NCBI RefSeq assembly: GCF_036321535.1
Contig: NC_087444.1
Span: 70,494,001 to 70,558,000 of the forward strand
DNA length: 64,000 bases
Direction: 5' to 3'
Source of the DNA: Camelus dromedarius
Taxonomy: Eukaryota
Part shown: positions 36,975-49,798 of the stretch, piece by piece
Layout of the letters: every line of letters begins with the position of its first letter
Position numbering within the stretch: the stretch's first letter is position 1
Made by a program: the position numbers and the translations under genes
The notes under the pieces: model-generated
Seen by the model: only the letters and a program-made list of their open reading frames with translations
Databases searched by the model: none
Told to the model about the DNA's origin: nothing

Positions 36975-37059
36975 ACTTATAGAACCTTCAGAATAAGAAT
37001 GTGTGTTCAAGGGGAACCTCATTTGTTAAAATGTACCTTGTATGGCAGAAAAAGCACTT

Positions 37060-37760
37060 GATGAAATTCAACACACATTCATTTAAAAAACTGGCAATAT
37101 CAAGTATGAGTAAGGATGAGAAGCAAAGAGAACTCACATACTGCTGAAGGGAACATAACACAGTACAACCACTTTGGAAGAGTGTCGATTTCTATTACAG
37201 TTAAAACATATACCTACCCTAAGACCCTGCAATTCAACTCTTAGGTATTCACCCCAAAGAGATCTTATACAGAGGCTTATACAAGAATGCTCACAGCAGT
37301 CTTTTTCATAAGAGTCAAAAACTGGCAACAGCCCAGATGCCTGCCAACAAGGGAATGGATGAACAAATTATGATCTACGCTTCTGGTAATACTGCTCAGC
37401 AATAAGGGGGAACAGACCGCTGACATATACACATATGGAAGAACCTCAAAAAAACAGTTCATTGAGTAAAAGAAGCCAGCCACAAAAAAAAAACACATGT
37501 TGTAAAATTCCATTTATACAAAATTCTAGGACAGGCAAAACTAGTCTGTAGTGACAGAAGAGAGATCAGTGGTGGCCTGAGCTGAGGGTGGGAGGGCTGA
37601 CTGCAATGGGACATGAGGGAGTTTTCAGGGATGCTGGCAATTCTCTACGTCCTGATTTGGGGGATGGTTACGCAGGTGTATACATCTTGCAAAACTCTGA
37701 CCTGTACATTTTCTTGTGTGTAAAATATACCTCAATTCAAAACAATTTCTCACTGCAAGG
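37060..37760 (+). mobile_element. Old L1 3' end
   Basis: cctgcaattcaactcttaggtattcaccc…gggaatggatgaacaaattatg phrases. Confidence 0.65.
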
Positions 37761-38301
37761 AAAAAAATCTTGTAGGAACATGATTTATTCACTTAAAATT
37801 GTAAAATCTCTTTTTCACAGTCTGCTTCCTTTTATCCAAAAACATTCTGTTGATTAACCAGTTGACTAATGATCTCATCAATCCAGCTGGAATTAATGCA
37901 ACCAGTTAAAAAAAAAAAGACTGGGCCAGCTTTCAAATATTCCTTGTAGAGCAAAAGGCATCCCTGCCTGTAAATGTTTGTCACAAATGAAGCACCTGAC
38001 AGAGGCTTCCCAAGCAATTCAGGATCTCAGTTTGCCGGCACATCTCTGAGAAGCTCTGGGACCCGAGGAAAGCAGTTTTGCTCATCACAAAACAAACGGG
38101 TGCCTCTGGTTCTTTACGCAACTGCGATGCAGTCTTGGCCTTGGCCCTGCTGTGTATGGCTTACTGCCTGGGTCTGCTCTTTGCCTCTTTGTACGCTGGG
38201 GTCTTCCAGAGGGCTGAGGTCAGTGCAACTTGTCTCCACCCCAGCCTGGGGCCCAGGAGACCCTGGGGCGGCAAGGGGGCCCCACTCAAGCCCCTGCTTA
38301 C

Positions 38302-38412
38302 CTCATAGTCTTGCTCCGCGGCCCCTCCAGCCGAGCTGCCCACCAGCACCTCCACGAAGGCCGAGCCATCATTCCCGATGTCCACGCTGTGTATCTGCTC
38401 CTCCTTCTCCAG
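38302..38412 (-). CDS. XRCC1: XRCC1 exon 3
   Basis: 111 bp, LEKEEQIHSVDIGNDGSAFVEVLVGSSAGGAAEQDYE. Confidence 0.97.
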
Positions 38413-40619
38413 CTGCAGGGGAGGGAACGCATGCTGTCAGTGCTGCTCTGCACACCCCCTGGGCTTGCTGTGGGACCTTGAAGACAGATGGCCCCCATCT
38501 GGGCAGCCACGTCTCCTTGTGATGCCAACTCAGTGACAGTGGGGGTTGAGGCTGGATGTTCCCCTGGGTTCCCTGCACGCAGTACAAGGTGTGGCCTGGA
38601 GTCAGAGCTCGAAAATATTCACTGACTGAATGAACAAGCCCACACACCCCCTTCCCTGACTCCTCCAGACTTGGCTAGACCGGCTTATGACCCGCTACCA
38701 CAGAGAATTCCTTGCAGACAAAGGCACAGGTGTCACCTCCACCCCCAACCACACAGGACCCTGTGGAAGCTCCCTGAGGGCAGGGGCCTGGTTTTGCTCA
38801 CCACTGATGCCTGGATTGGAATCCCAGCTCCACCACACCCTAGCTGTATGGCCTTGTCAGCTAACCTCTTGGAGCCTCAGTTTCCTCATCTGTAACATGG
38901 GGGTGATCACCATATCGAGGATTATGCACATAAACACTGTGGCCACAGGGTGAGGCATGGAGCAGGCACTCTGCCGCTGTCAGTCAGGAGGCATTATTAG
39001 TTGATGCTTGATAATTATTTGTCAAGAGAAGAAAAGAGTGAACTGTAGGAAGGCTTCCCTCAAAGTTTCTGCCACTCCCGCATGACAGTCAAAGGCACAG
39101 AAAGCTACGTGAGGGTGGAAGGCAGTTAGGAACAGCTGAAGCAAGTCTCCTGCTTTCCAGTCTGGGGCTTTTTTATTTGGCTCCTAGGATGACAAGTTAT
39201 TTTGACCCTCAAAGGCATCTTGCCCACCACCCTACACGGTCCCCTCTGCCCTGTCACCTCCTAGTCAGGAAGTCGCCCAGACACTGCCTGCACACTGCTA
39301 CGAGCAGGGACATCCCTATAAGGGAGGAAGGAACCTGGACCTGGGGGCAGGCAAGCCTGGGTTCAAATCCAGCCCTGCCATTTCCAAGCTGTCCAGCCCT
39401 GGGTGATGGACAACCTCTCTGAGCAACAGTTTCCTCACATGTGAAAGGGGAGGGGCATCGTAATAACCCTCCTTCTGAAGGGAGTTGAGATGACACAGAA
39501 TAATAATCACCATGACGCCCAGCAATTGCAGCAGACACCTAAGTGCTCATGATGTGGCAGACACATAACACCTGTGTCTTCGCTCTGTGAGACAGGAGAA
39601 AATTTTCTCTATTTTACACAGGAGCAAGTGGAGGCAGGAAGCGGTTATGTAACTTCCCCAAGGGCACGCAGCTCGAGCCCAGGCAGGCTGGCTGTAGTCC
39701 CCGCGTGCTCCTCCACCCATCACAGGTCCGTTGGAGAGCGCCTCTTGGGGATGCCTGCTGCCCCCCCCCCCCCCCCCCGCCGCTTCCTGCTCTGAACCCT
39801 GGGATGGCATGCGCAGTACCGCCCAGGTTTGCGAGAAGTCCCAGGCTGACTACTCAGCTTCTGGCTACACTCCTCCAGCCACACGGGCTTCCCTCTGTCC
39901 TGGCTGGGTCCTTCCCACCACAGGGCCTTTGCACCTGCTGTTCCCCTTGCCTGGCCCACTCGTCCCCCAGACCTTCCCACAGCTGGCTCCTTCCACCATT
40001 CTGGTGTCTGCTCAGATATCACTTCTTCAGACAAACCAAAGTAGCCTCCCTCACCTCCTATCAGGTGCTCTTCTCTATCCCCTCACCCTACTTTTTCTTC
40101 ATTATCACCACTTGATACTATATAGGTACACTTTTTATTTGTATTTGTCCAGCAGCTATCTCCCTCACCAGACTTTTAGCTCCATGAGGGCAGGGACCAT
40201 ATCTAAGTCACTCCCTAATGTGTCCCCAGTGCCGGACACCATGTCTGGTCCTTCTCAGCTCTGCTTACTTACTGTTGTGTGATTCTGGAGCAACTGGTTC
40301 CCTGTCACCCCTTGTGCCTGTTTCTTAACCTGTAAAATGGAAACAGAAACTGCTTCTACCTCATAGGTTTGTTGTGAAGATTCAAACGAGGAATATATGC
40401 AAATCCTCTTAGAATAGTGCCTACCATCGAGCAAACACTCTGTCAATGTCAGCTGATACTACTGTCACAGAAGGCCTTCGATACATTCCTGATGGATGGA
40501 CAGATGGACGGGGAGCCCCAGTAACCATCTGTCGAAGGAACAGTGCCCCTGAGTTGTATCCTTGGCTCTGTCCTCCCTCCATCTGTCACAAAGGGACATC
40601 ACGGCTAACATTTAAAAAT

Positions 40620-40965
40620 TCTTAAAATAATGCCATTTGCAGCAACACCGATGGACCTAGAGATGATCATACTAAGTGAAGGAAGTCAGACAGAGAAAGA
40701 CAAATATTCTGTGATATCACTAATAGGTGGAATGTAAAAAAATAGTACAAATGAACTTATTTACAAAACAGAAACAGACTTATAGACATAGAAAACAAAC
40801 TTATAGTTACTAAAGGGGAAGGGGCGGGGAGGGATAAACTGGGAGTATGAAATTAACAGTTGCACACTACCATATATAAAACAGATAAACAACAAGGACT
40901 TACTGTTTACTGTTTACAATATCTTAAAATAACCTATAACGGAAAAGAACCCAAATAAAGACATG

Positions 40966-40997
<32 letters not shown>

Positions 40998-41070
40998 ACC
41001 TAATCACTTTGTTGTACACCTGAAACTAACACAATACTTTAAATCAACTATATTTCAATTAAAAAAAAAA
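40620..41070 (+). mobile_element. L1 3' end
   Basis: aatgccatttgcagcaacaccgatggacctagagatgatcatactaagtgaa…tcaactatatttcaattaaaaaa. Confidence 0.8.
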
Positions 41071-41097
41071 ATCCTCACTGTGTGCCAGGTGCTAGGC

Positions 41098-41600
41098 ATA
41101 TTAGTCTCCAACTGCTGCTTTAACAAATTACCACAAACTTACTGGCTAAAAGCAACATATCTTCCAGATCTGGAGGTCAGAAGTCTGAAATGTGGCCTCA
41201 CTGGGCTGAAGTCAAGATGTCACAGGGCTCCTTCATTCCTTTTAGAGGTTCTAGGGGAGAATCGTTTCCTCGTCTTGTTTCTAACTTCTAGAGGCTGCCT
41301 TTGTTCCTCGGCTGTGACCCCTTCCTCCATCTTCAAAGCCAGCAATGACATCACTCCAACCTCTGCCTCTGTTATCACATCTCATCTGACTCTGGTTCTC
41401 CTGCCTGCCCTCCTTCCCTCATAAGGACCTTTGTGATGACACTGCCCCCCACCCCCAATCACACAGGCCAATCTCACCATCTCAAGATCCTCAGTTCACC
41501 ACATCTGCAAAGTCCCTTTTGCCATGTAAAGGACATATTCACAGGTTCTGAGGATTAGGATGTAGACACCTTTTAGGGGGACCATTATCCTGTATACCAC
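41098..41600 (-). mobile_element. MLT1-type MaLR LTR (reverse)
   Basis: tattagtc…aacaaattaccacaaactt…ggactgaggattagg-type reverse-strand MLT1 phrases. Confidence 0.6.
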
Positions 41601-44600
41601 ACTTGGCTAAGCTCTCCCTGGGCCAGGCATCACTGAATCCTCACAACTACATTGGGAGGAAGGCTCTGTAACTCTCCCAGCTTTACAGATGGGAAACTGA
41701 GGCTCAGACAGGTAAATAAATAGCTCACACATCACACTCAGCTAATGACTGGTAGAGAAATTCAGACCCTAACTCCTTTCCAACTCCCCTATTTCAATCC
41801 TTGAGGTAAAAACTCAACATCTCTACCTCTCCCACATTATAAACCATGGGACCCTCCATCTACTAGGATGTATATATTTGTATTTTAAATGAATAATTCT
41901 TTTTTCATATACAACAACTTCTACTTTAAACACACATATACTCTCTTGTCTTTCTTCTTTTTGATAAATAAAAAATTTCTGATAAAACATGGAAACAACC
42001 CAAATGTCCATTAGCTTATCAATGGATACACATTGTTTGGTATTTACCTACAATGGAACAGTATTCAGCTGTGAAAAGGAATAAGGCACTGATCTAAATT
42101 ACAACATGGAGGAACCTCAAAAATATGAACCTAAGTGAAAGAATTCAGACACAAAAGGCCATATATCGTATGATCTTATTTAAATGAAATGTCCAGGATA
42201 GACAAATCCATAGAGACAGAAAGTAGATCAGTAGCTGCCAAGGGCAACCTGGGGAAAGGGGAATAGGGAGGGACAGCTTAATGGTTACTGGTTTCTTTTT
42301 GGGGTGATGAAAGTGTTCCAGACTAGAATAGTGGTGATGTTCACAGAACACTATCAGTATATTAAAAATCCCCAAATTATATACTTCAGAAGGTTAAAAT
42401 AATAAATTTTATGTAATGTGATTTTTATTTCAAGAAAAAAAAGAGGTGAGTGTTCAGTATCAGCTGTTAGGAGAAGGGCTTACGCACAAGATGACTCATT
42501 TGTGGCCCAGGTTTGTGTGCGCGCCTTTCCCAGGAAGACAAAATGCATGACTGCAAAACAAATGGAACATGGAAGGTTTGCAAAGTCCCTGAGACGTCTT
42601 GTTAAAAAAAAAACTGTTCCACATCCATGAAAGGCAACGTTATGCACCATTTAAAAGAATAAGGTAGAAATTGGTGCAATGACAATGGATTCCAAGATAC
42701 AGTGACTTGGAAAAAAAACAAGGGAGGGAACCATGTACATACTATGTACTTTTAAAAAGGGGTGGATATGTACACTTGCATGTGGAAAGAGTGATCCGGG
42801 GGGGCCACACAAGAAACTGCTCACAGTGGTTACCACAGGAGGGAAGACCTGGGTAGCAGAGGTCCGGAAAAAGGGCAGGAGGGAATGGAAGCAGGTGGGG
42901 AGGGGGCTTTCCTTTTCAGTGTCTACCCTCCGTTTTGTGCCTTCTAGGTTATGCACCACATACATATAACACTCATTTGAAAAGTAAGGTTAATAAAACC
43001 ACAGTGGTTATCTCCAACAATGGAATACTATCCAGAAATGAGAATGAAACTTCTCTAGCCGCACCCAGGAAGGAGGATGAAACTAGCAAACAATGCTGGG
43101 CGGGAGCAGAGCAGCCAGACATAAAAATATTCTATACTGTGTGTTTCTGTTTATGTCCAGTTCAAAACCAGGCAAAGCTAATCGATGCTATCAAAAATCA
43201 GGGTCGTGGTTACCCTCTTCAGGGAGTGGTGACAGGAAGGAGCACAAGGGGATGAGGTGAAGGCGGAGGGGGCGTGTTCAGTTCCTTGATCTGGGCGTGG
43301 AGTACATGGGCTGCAGTTTGTGATGATTCGCTGGGCTGTGTGCTTGGCTGTACACTGGCGTCATGTCAGAAGAAGGTAAAACATTTAAAAACACCACGAT
43401 GGGTGATGAGAAAACCACTGACAGACACTGAACATTTCTTCTAAAGAATACACCTCCAGCAGGGCACTGGAGTTACACCTGGGCTGCACCCCAGCCACCC
43501 TCTCTGGCCCAGGGGTGGTTAGCAAAGAGGTTGGAACTGCCCTCTCGGGAGCAGGCGATGGGTTGGCGAGCCTCTTTCAGCCACTGCAAACAAAAAAAGT
43601 GTGTGGCGCTGTCACAAGCAGGGGGCTGAACCCCAGGGGGTAATATACAGATATTGTGAACTATTATTTGGAGGAAAAAATACAGGATAGGAGGAGAACC
43701 CACAGATTAGCCTACGTGTCTTATGTCCAAAAATTTCTGCTTATCATTTGCTTGAAGAGAACCAAAATTAGCATCCGGTGAATTTAGAGTCACCCTGCAT
43801 ACTGGCAACTGCCGTCAGATTTTCCAAAGGGTCTCCAACATGAATTAAATTAACAACCACTACAGTGCTGCCTACACTGCGCTTGTCCCCTGCAGTTTGT
43901 TCTCAACCTGGAAATCAGAAGAGTCTGCAAGAACCTAAAGCAGATTCTGTTCCTCCTGTGCTCAGAGGCCTTCCATGGTTCCCATCTCGTCCAGAGTAAA
44001 AGCTTAAATCCTTACAATGGCTTTCAGGCCTTACGCATGTTGGGGGCCCTCTACCCTCTACCCCATCAGTTCCTACCTCGCTCTGCCGGCTAACTCTGCT
44101 CCACTCACACCACCTTTTTGCTGTCCCTCAAGCCCCTCAGGCACCAATCTACCAGCCAGGCACCAGCCTGCAAAACATCAGCCTGCCTCGCAGCCTGTGT
44201 TTATTCCACAGATATTCACAGAGTTCACTGCTCAATGTCAGCTTCTCAGGGAGGCCTTCCCCAAGTCCCTATTTGGACAAAAACCTCTCACCACTGCCTC
44301 TTCTCCCACTGGAGGCATTCCTCATCCCCTTAAACATGTAATTTCCTCCACAGCACTCATCCTCTGATACACATTTTACTTCCTGATTTGTCAATGTGCC
44401 CCTGCTAACATGAAAGCTCCACAGGACATATTTTCACCTGGTGCTGCCCACTGGACTGTGCCCCAGTGATGGGCCTATAGAAGGCGCATTTATAAACAAA
44501 TAAACCAATGACTCCACCCACTTCTGGGTCTACAGATCCTGTCCCTGCACTGACAACTCCTACAACTGTCTCCAGCTCCATGCTCAATTCCCAACTGCCT

Positions 44601-46347
44601 CCTGTATGTCACCCCTTGGATGTCCCAAAGTCACATCAAACCTGGACGTCCCAACCAACGGGTCACCTTCTCCAGCTGTCCCTTCCCTAGGATTCCCATG
44701 TTGGTGACAGCTGCAACAGCTCCCTCAGTCCCCCAGGCCAGAGACTCCCGTGCCTGGCCTGGCCCCTCTGGCTCCCTCACTCCTCATATCCTGTCTCCTC
44801 TCTGCTCCCACTGCAACTGGGGTGGAGAACCAAATGTGATTTTCCTGATTTTATAAGAGAGCCCAGCAGAATCATCGCCCAGTAATAAAAACCATGAATC
44901 CCTCCCTTTACACAAACACCTGCATGTTGACAGATCACTTTTGCAAACATTATGTCACCTAACCCTGGGCTTCGGTTGCATTATTCTCAACGGACATATG
45001 AGAAAACAGTTTCAAAGAAATGAACCCATGTGCCCGAGGTCACAGAGTGAGTAAGAGGGAGAGATGGGAACTTGAATCCAGGTCCTAAGACTAAACTGTC
45101 AGCAACCTGTTTTTCAGTTTGAAACATTGGCTCTAAGTAAGTTGTATAACCTCTCTGGGCCTAGTTTCCTCATCATAAAATGGGATAACAATAGACCTTC
45201 GGTCATGGGGTTTTTATGTGGATTCAATGAATTAAACCATGTGAACCGTTGAGAATGGTGACTGGTGGTTACACTGTCAAATAAATCTTAGCTCTTATTA
45301 TTATTACTATGTGAGAGGCCTGAGAGGTATTTAAACTCCTAAAATTATTCAGAAAGTCTTATAGGTCTGTGGATTTTTCATGGGAAGAGAATCCTCAGCT
45401 TCTCTCTAATTCTCAAAAGGATCTGTGAACCCAAAGTTTTTCAAAACCACTGGGCGAGAAAGAGACAAAAATATGTCCAACACAATCATGTAAGTCTTGC
45501 TCCCAACATCCCTCCTCAAACACCCCTACATTCAGGAGGAAGAAATGTGGCCAAAATCAAGAAAGCCAACTCACTGTATGAACACAAGGCAGTATGACAA
45601 AGTGGTTAAGAGCACCAACAGTGGGTTCCAGTCTTAGCACCGCCATTTATTAGTGGTGAAAACAGCCCTTACGTCCTCCCGCTCCGTGAAGAACCAGATC
45701 ACGCAGGTAAAACACCCAGGCCGCACCTGGCAAAGAACAGATGCTTAAAACATACTTAGCTCTCTTCTCTCACCAGTTTCTTATGCCTGACAGGAACAGC
45801 CTGTTTGGAATTTGGTAACCATCTCTGGTCAAATTACCCTTCCCACTTTGCCTTCCTCCAACTTCACGGTCTGTGGTGCGGATTCCATAAGAGCATGTAC
45901 CAAAGCCCTCAGCATCCCAGAACTGATAGCTTAGACCAGCCACTTCACTTCTCCCCTCCCTATGCTTCAGTTTCCCCATCTTTAGAAAGAGCTATTGATC
46001 AGCTTAGATGATCTTCTGAGACAACTTCCAGCCCTGAGCCCACTGACTTTAGAAAGCAGGATACATGGCAATGATTCACTCTGTTCCAGGTGAGGAAGTG
46101 GAAGCCCAGAAAGTAGCGGCAACCCACCTGGGCCACATGCTGACTCCTATAGTCATCCCTGGCCTAGTCCGTTGATCACTGTTCTCTTCTGCTAAGGGCC
46201 ACAAGAATCACACTGCTCATTTTCCACATAAGGCCCCAAGGGAAAGTGCCTCAGCCTCAATCTACTGCTGGTTAACCCAAGAGCAGAGTCTGGACCCTGG
46301 GTCTCCAGACTCCTATTAAGAAGGAGAGAGGGGAAGGGCAGGATCAC

Positions 46348-46440
46348 CTGGAGCACCACAGAGATGGTCTTCTCACCCGCCTTGGCGGCCCGCCATTTCC
46401 GGTAAGTGTCTGCCTTGAGAAGGTTTTCTGCACAGTGGGC
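46348..46440 (-). CDS. XRCC1: XRCC1 exon 2
   Basis: 93 bp, AHCAENLLKADTYRKWRAAKAGEKTISVVLQ. Confidence 0.96.
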
Positions 46441-46748
46441 CTGGAGAGAAGAGTGGGAAAGGGAAAGTTAGGTACAGAGATGAGAGCTAGGTTCCCAGCT
46501 CCCAGATTTCTCCTTTGAGTCCTCTGAGATCCCCGAGATTTAAGTTTCCCTATTAATTCCCCCGCACTCGGCCTTGAGTCCCCTACAGCATTTTCTCCTG
46601 GAAGTTCACCTATGAGCCCTCTAAGGAAGCTCCTCTGTCTCTCCTATTCTCTCTAGAAGTTCCTCTATTCCACATCTCTCCCAGAATTCCCTTATGGCCT
46701 CTGAGAAATTCCCCCACGATCCTCCTCAGAATTTCACGAAGTCCCATT

Positions 46749-47214
46749 TATAAAAGGAAAATCAAAATGAAGTCGGTATGGCTAAGAGCCCTCTAAAATG
46801 GAGCCTCTGAGGAATTGTGACTCTGCAGGTCTCAGCCTGGATGGAATGTGACCTTTTGACCACTTACTGCATTAACACAGGCATCTAGAACACCTGCCAG
46901 AAACTCAAGATACTTATCAAATACTTACCATAAGGTAACTCCAGACAGCCTATCTATTTATGGGACCCTTTACCCTAAAGTAACTCATGACAGCCTATTC
47001 TTTAAAGCCAAATATTTCTTTTCATGTATGAGTCAACCACAATTCTCTCCAGAAACTTTGACAACGCTGTGGCCTTTGTCCTCAGAAGCCCGACTCTTTC
47101 TCGTTCCCAATACTCTCCGTTTTCCAGGAATCTGTGTCTCCCGAATTGCAATTCCTAAGCCCCCCAAATAAAGTTCTTTGTTCTTTGCAGCCCCACACTG
47201 ATTATTGTTCAACA
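46749..47214 (+). mobile_element. Probable ERV1-type solo LTR in XRCC1 intron 1
   Basis: aaaaggaaaa…ctaaaatggag start; GAATTGCAATTCCTAAGCCCCCAAATAAA (AATAAA at 47167-47172); ends …GTTCAACA; boundaries approximate. Confidence 0.55.
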
Positions 47215-47296
47215 CCTTTTAGACTCCCAAAGTTCTCCCAGAGCCCCCTCGTGAATTCCCTTACTTCTTCCAACCTCCCCCACGCCGGTCCCTCAC

Positions 47297-47347
47297 CGAG
47301 TCCTGGCTACTGCAGGACACTACATGGCGGAGGCGGATCTCCGGCAT
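47297..47347 (-). CDS. XRCC1: XRCC1 exon 1 (start)
   Basis: 51 bp, MPEIRLRHVVSCSSQDS; donor GTGAGG; the 17 exons total 1896 bp = 631 aa plus stop. Confidence 0.97.
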
Positions 47348-47700
47348 GTCAACGTCGCGGGCTTCGCCTGGCCAGAAAGATGCAGGAGAGTCTGAGTTTA
47401 GGGGGCGGACATGGAGTGGTCCCTGCGCGGGCTTAACTGCGCAAGCGCGCGAGCCTCGGGCCTTTCAAACAGCGGCGCGCCGGAGGTCGCGTCAACACTG
47501 CGCAAGCCCAGTGCGGCTCTCCGGAGGAGGGGGAGAGGCGCTGAGTTCCCTAGCAACGAGCTCTTCCCTCCTCCCTCGGGCCAAACCTCTCTCTAGCCCC
47601 TCCTCCCGGTGACAGTCACACCATGCTTTCAGCGCGCCGAGCAACCGGAGCGGCCTCCGGGATTGGTCCCCAGGAGAAATTAGCCATTCTCACCATTCTC
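47348..47700. promoter_or_regulatory. XRCC1/PINLYP head-to-head CpG-island promoter
   Basis: CpG-rich; GC box at 47401-47408; NRF1-like TGCGCAAGCGC at 47438-47448; the two start codons diverge about 1.3 kb apart. Confidence 0.75.
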
Positions 47701-48635
47701 ACCACCTAAACCGAAGACCAGAAAGCAAGAGGGTTGCAAACCTGAGTGAATTTTTGCAGGGAGCCTGGAGCCTACCACCACAGGATCCCCTCCACTGGTT
47801 GCTGGCTAATCCCCCACCGCCCACCACCACACACAGAAAAAAACCTTTCAAGATTACGCCTGAGGCCAAAGGAGAGTGGGTAAAGGAGCTAAATAAAACA
47901 CAAAGCATGTGCCCAAACCAGACACACACACCCAGCCTTGAGTGCTTCCAACTGTGCCTCAGTTTTCCAATGTGACCTGTGGGCATCTGTCTTCTACCAC
48001 GCCTGCCCCTGCCAGTTGACAGGCACCTCTCTGTTCAGTACCCAAGAGACCCAGAAGTGCATCTCGGGGTGAGGTCGGAGCCGAAGACAGCCCAAACACA
48101 GAAAAGGGAGTCTGAGCCAACTGTGTGAGAAAGGGAAGGGAGACAGTGCCCGTGCCCCCGCAGAACGAGCCTGGACATGCTGGGTGCTCCCAGGTAGGGC
48201 CCCACCCACGCTGGGCACCTCTTTGGGAAGAGAGAAGGAAAAAGGGATCTCAGTCTTTGCAAAGACTCTACCTTACAGGGAATCAAATGATTCAATTCTG
48301 AACTTGGCCTTCAGGCCAGGAAAAAAAAAAAAAAGAGGGGTAGGTGGGAAGGGGGATGGGAATGTGAGAAAATAGGGAAATGACCTTCTGGGTCCCAATG
48401 GAAGAGCAGGCTGGAAGCCCAGACTGGGCCCCCGTGGAGGAGGGGGCTGGGCACAAGATGCCCACGTCCCTTTTGGATTCTGGTTCCACCTCCCCAACCC
48501 AGAGCTGCCTGCTCCCAGATCTTACGTCAGCTCTTTCTCACCCTAGGGGTAAGGTGGGTCCAGACCCACCCCCTCCTCAGCTTCCTATAAGAGATGGGAG
48601 CTGAGGATCTGAGATTGCAGGTTCACTCGTCCATC

Positions 48636-48705
48636 ATGAGGCTCTTCACGAAACCTGAGACCTTCCTGATGGCCTCTGCACTGCTCTGTGCTCTCCTAGG
48701 TCTGG
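48636..48705 (+). CDS. PINLYP: PINLYP first coding exon (signal peptide)
   Basis: MRLFTKPETFLMASALLCALLGL resembles human [23 protein letters not shown]; donor G|GTAAGT; upstream acceptor TTGCAG at 48620. Confidence 0.92.
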
Positions 48706-49681
48706 GTAAGTGACCAGGGGTCTGGACTCCTAGGACCCTAGGAAAGAAAACTATGAGACAACATTCAGCAAAGTCCTCCTGGGGGAAGAGGAGCTGTCCT
48801 GGAATTTCAGATTCAAGGCAAAGGTAGAGGCTTAAGAAGAAAACCTGGGGCCAGAAGTGGGAATAGCTTAAAAACTCCTGTGATTGAATCCCTGAGAAAG
48901 GAGGGGGCTTGATGGGCTCTGAATTCTCTGTCCCCCAGCAAGATCTCAAAATAAGGCATCTGAATTCTAGAAAATCAGAGGATAGCATGATTAGAAAGGG
49001 AAACCTTTAAAAAAAAAAATTGGGAGAGGAGGAGAGATTTCCTTTCTCCCAGGACGTTAGGGAGTTCAGGTCTCTGGTCCTCTCCTCCCTTAGATGCAGG
49101 AGTTCAGGCAAGCCCCACTTTCCCCAGGACCCACATGTCCGGATCCCCAGTTGCCTCCTCTGTCAGGACAAAGGAGTCCATGCATGCCCCTGCCCTCTTG
49201 GCCCTCACTCTCCCTTCCTGACTTGGGGTGCAGATCCCAGCCTCAGGCACCCCTGCCTGAGCTCCTACCATCCACAAGACCTACTCAGGGTACCTGCGAA
49301 GAAGAGGGCCCCATGTTCAGTTGGACCTGAAGCTGTCTGAAAGTCCATGGAAAGCTTCACCAGGACCCCTCCCTGTCCCCAAGCTTTCTCAGAGGTCCCT
49401 CATATCCAAAGTCCCCAGCCTTGTAATTAGGTAAATAGGCTCCATGGTGGAGTTGCTTCCCGCCCCTGAAAGCAGCTTTGCTAGCAGCACCACTGCCTTC
49501 CTGCCAGAGCTTCAGACATTTCCCTGGACTGCAGTCAATGTCCTGCCCATGAACCATCAGGGAGACACCTGACCTTCCTCCCTCAGACCCCTTGCTCCCA
49601 TCCCCCTCTGGACTCTGAAGTGGAAATCTTGGCCCACAGACCACACCACCCTTGACTAGAGCCCCTCTCTCTACCCCGCAG

Positions 49682-49798
49682 GATACCCACTAAGCTGTGA
49701 GGTGTGTACGGGCCCCGGACCCACCTGCAGTGGAAGTGTGAAGACTTGCGACTCCCATCAGGACTCCTGCGTGGTCATCGTGGCTGAGACAAGCAAAA
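49682..49798 (+). CDS. PINLYP: PINLYP coding exon 2 (LU/three-finger domain 1, N-half)
   Basis: 117 bp, (G)YPLSCEVCTGPGPTCSGSVKTCDSHQDSCVVIVAETSK; phase 1-1. Confidence 0.93.

Noticed and set aside
48380-48635. Upstream ORF extending PINLYP via the donor at 48549
   Set aside because: Splicing 48548 to 48621 puts it out of frame with the signal-peptide ATG.
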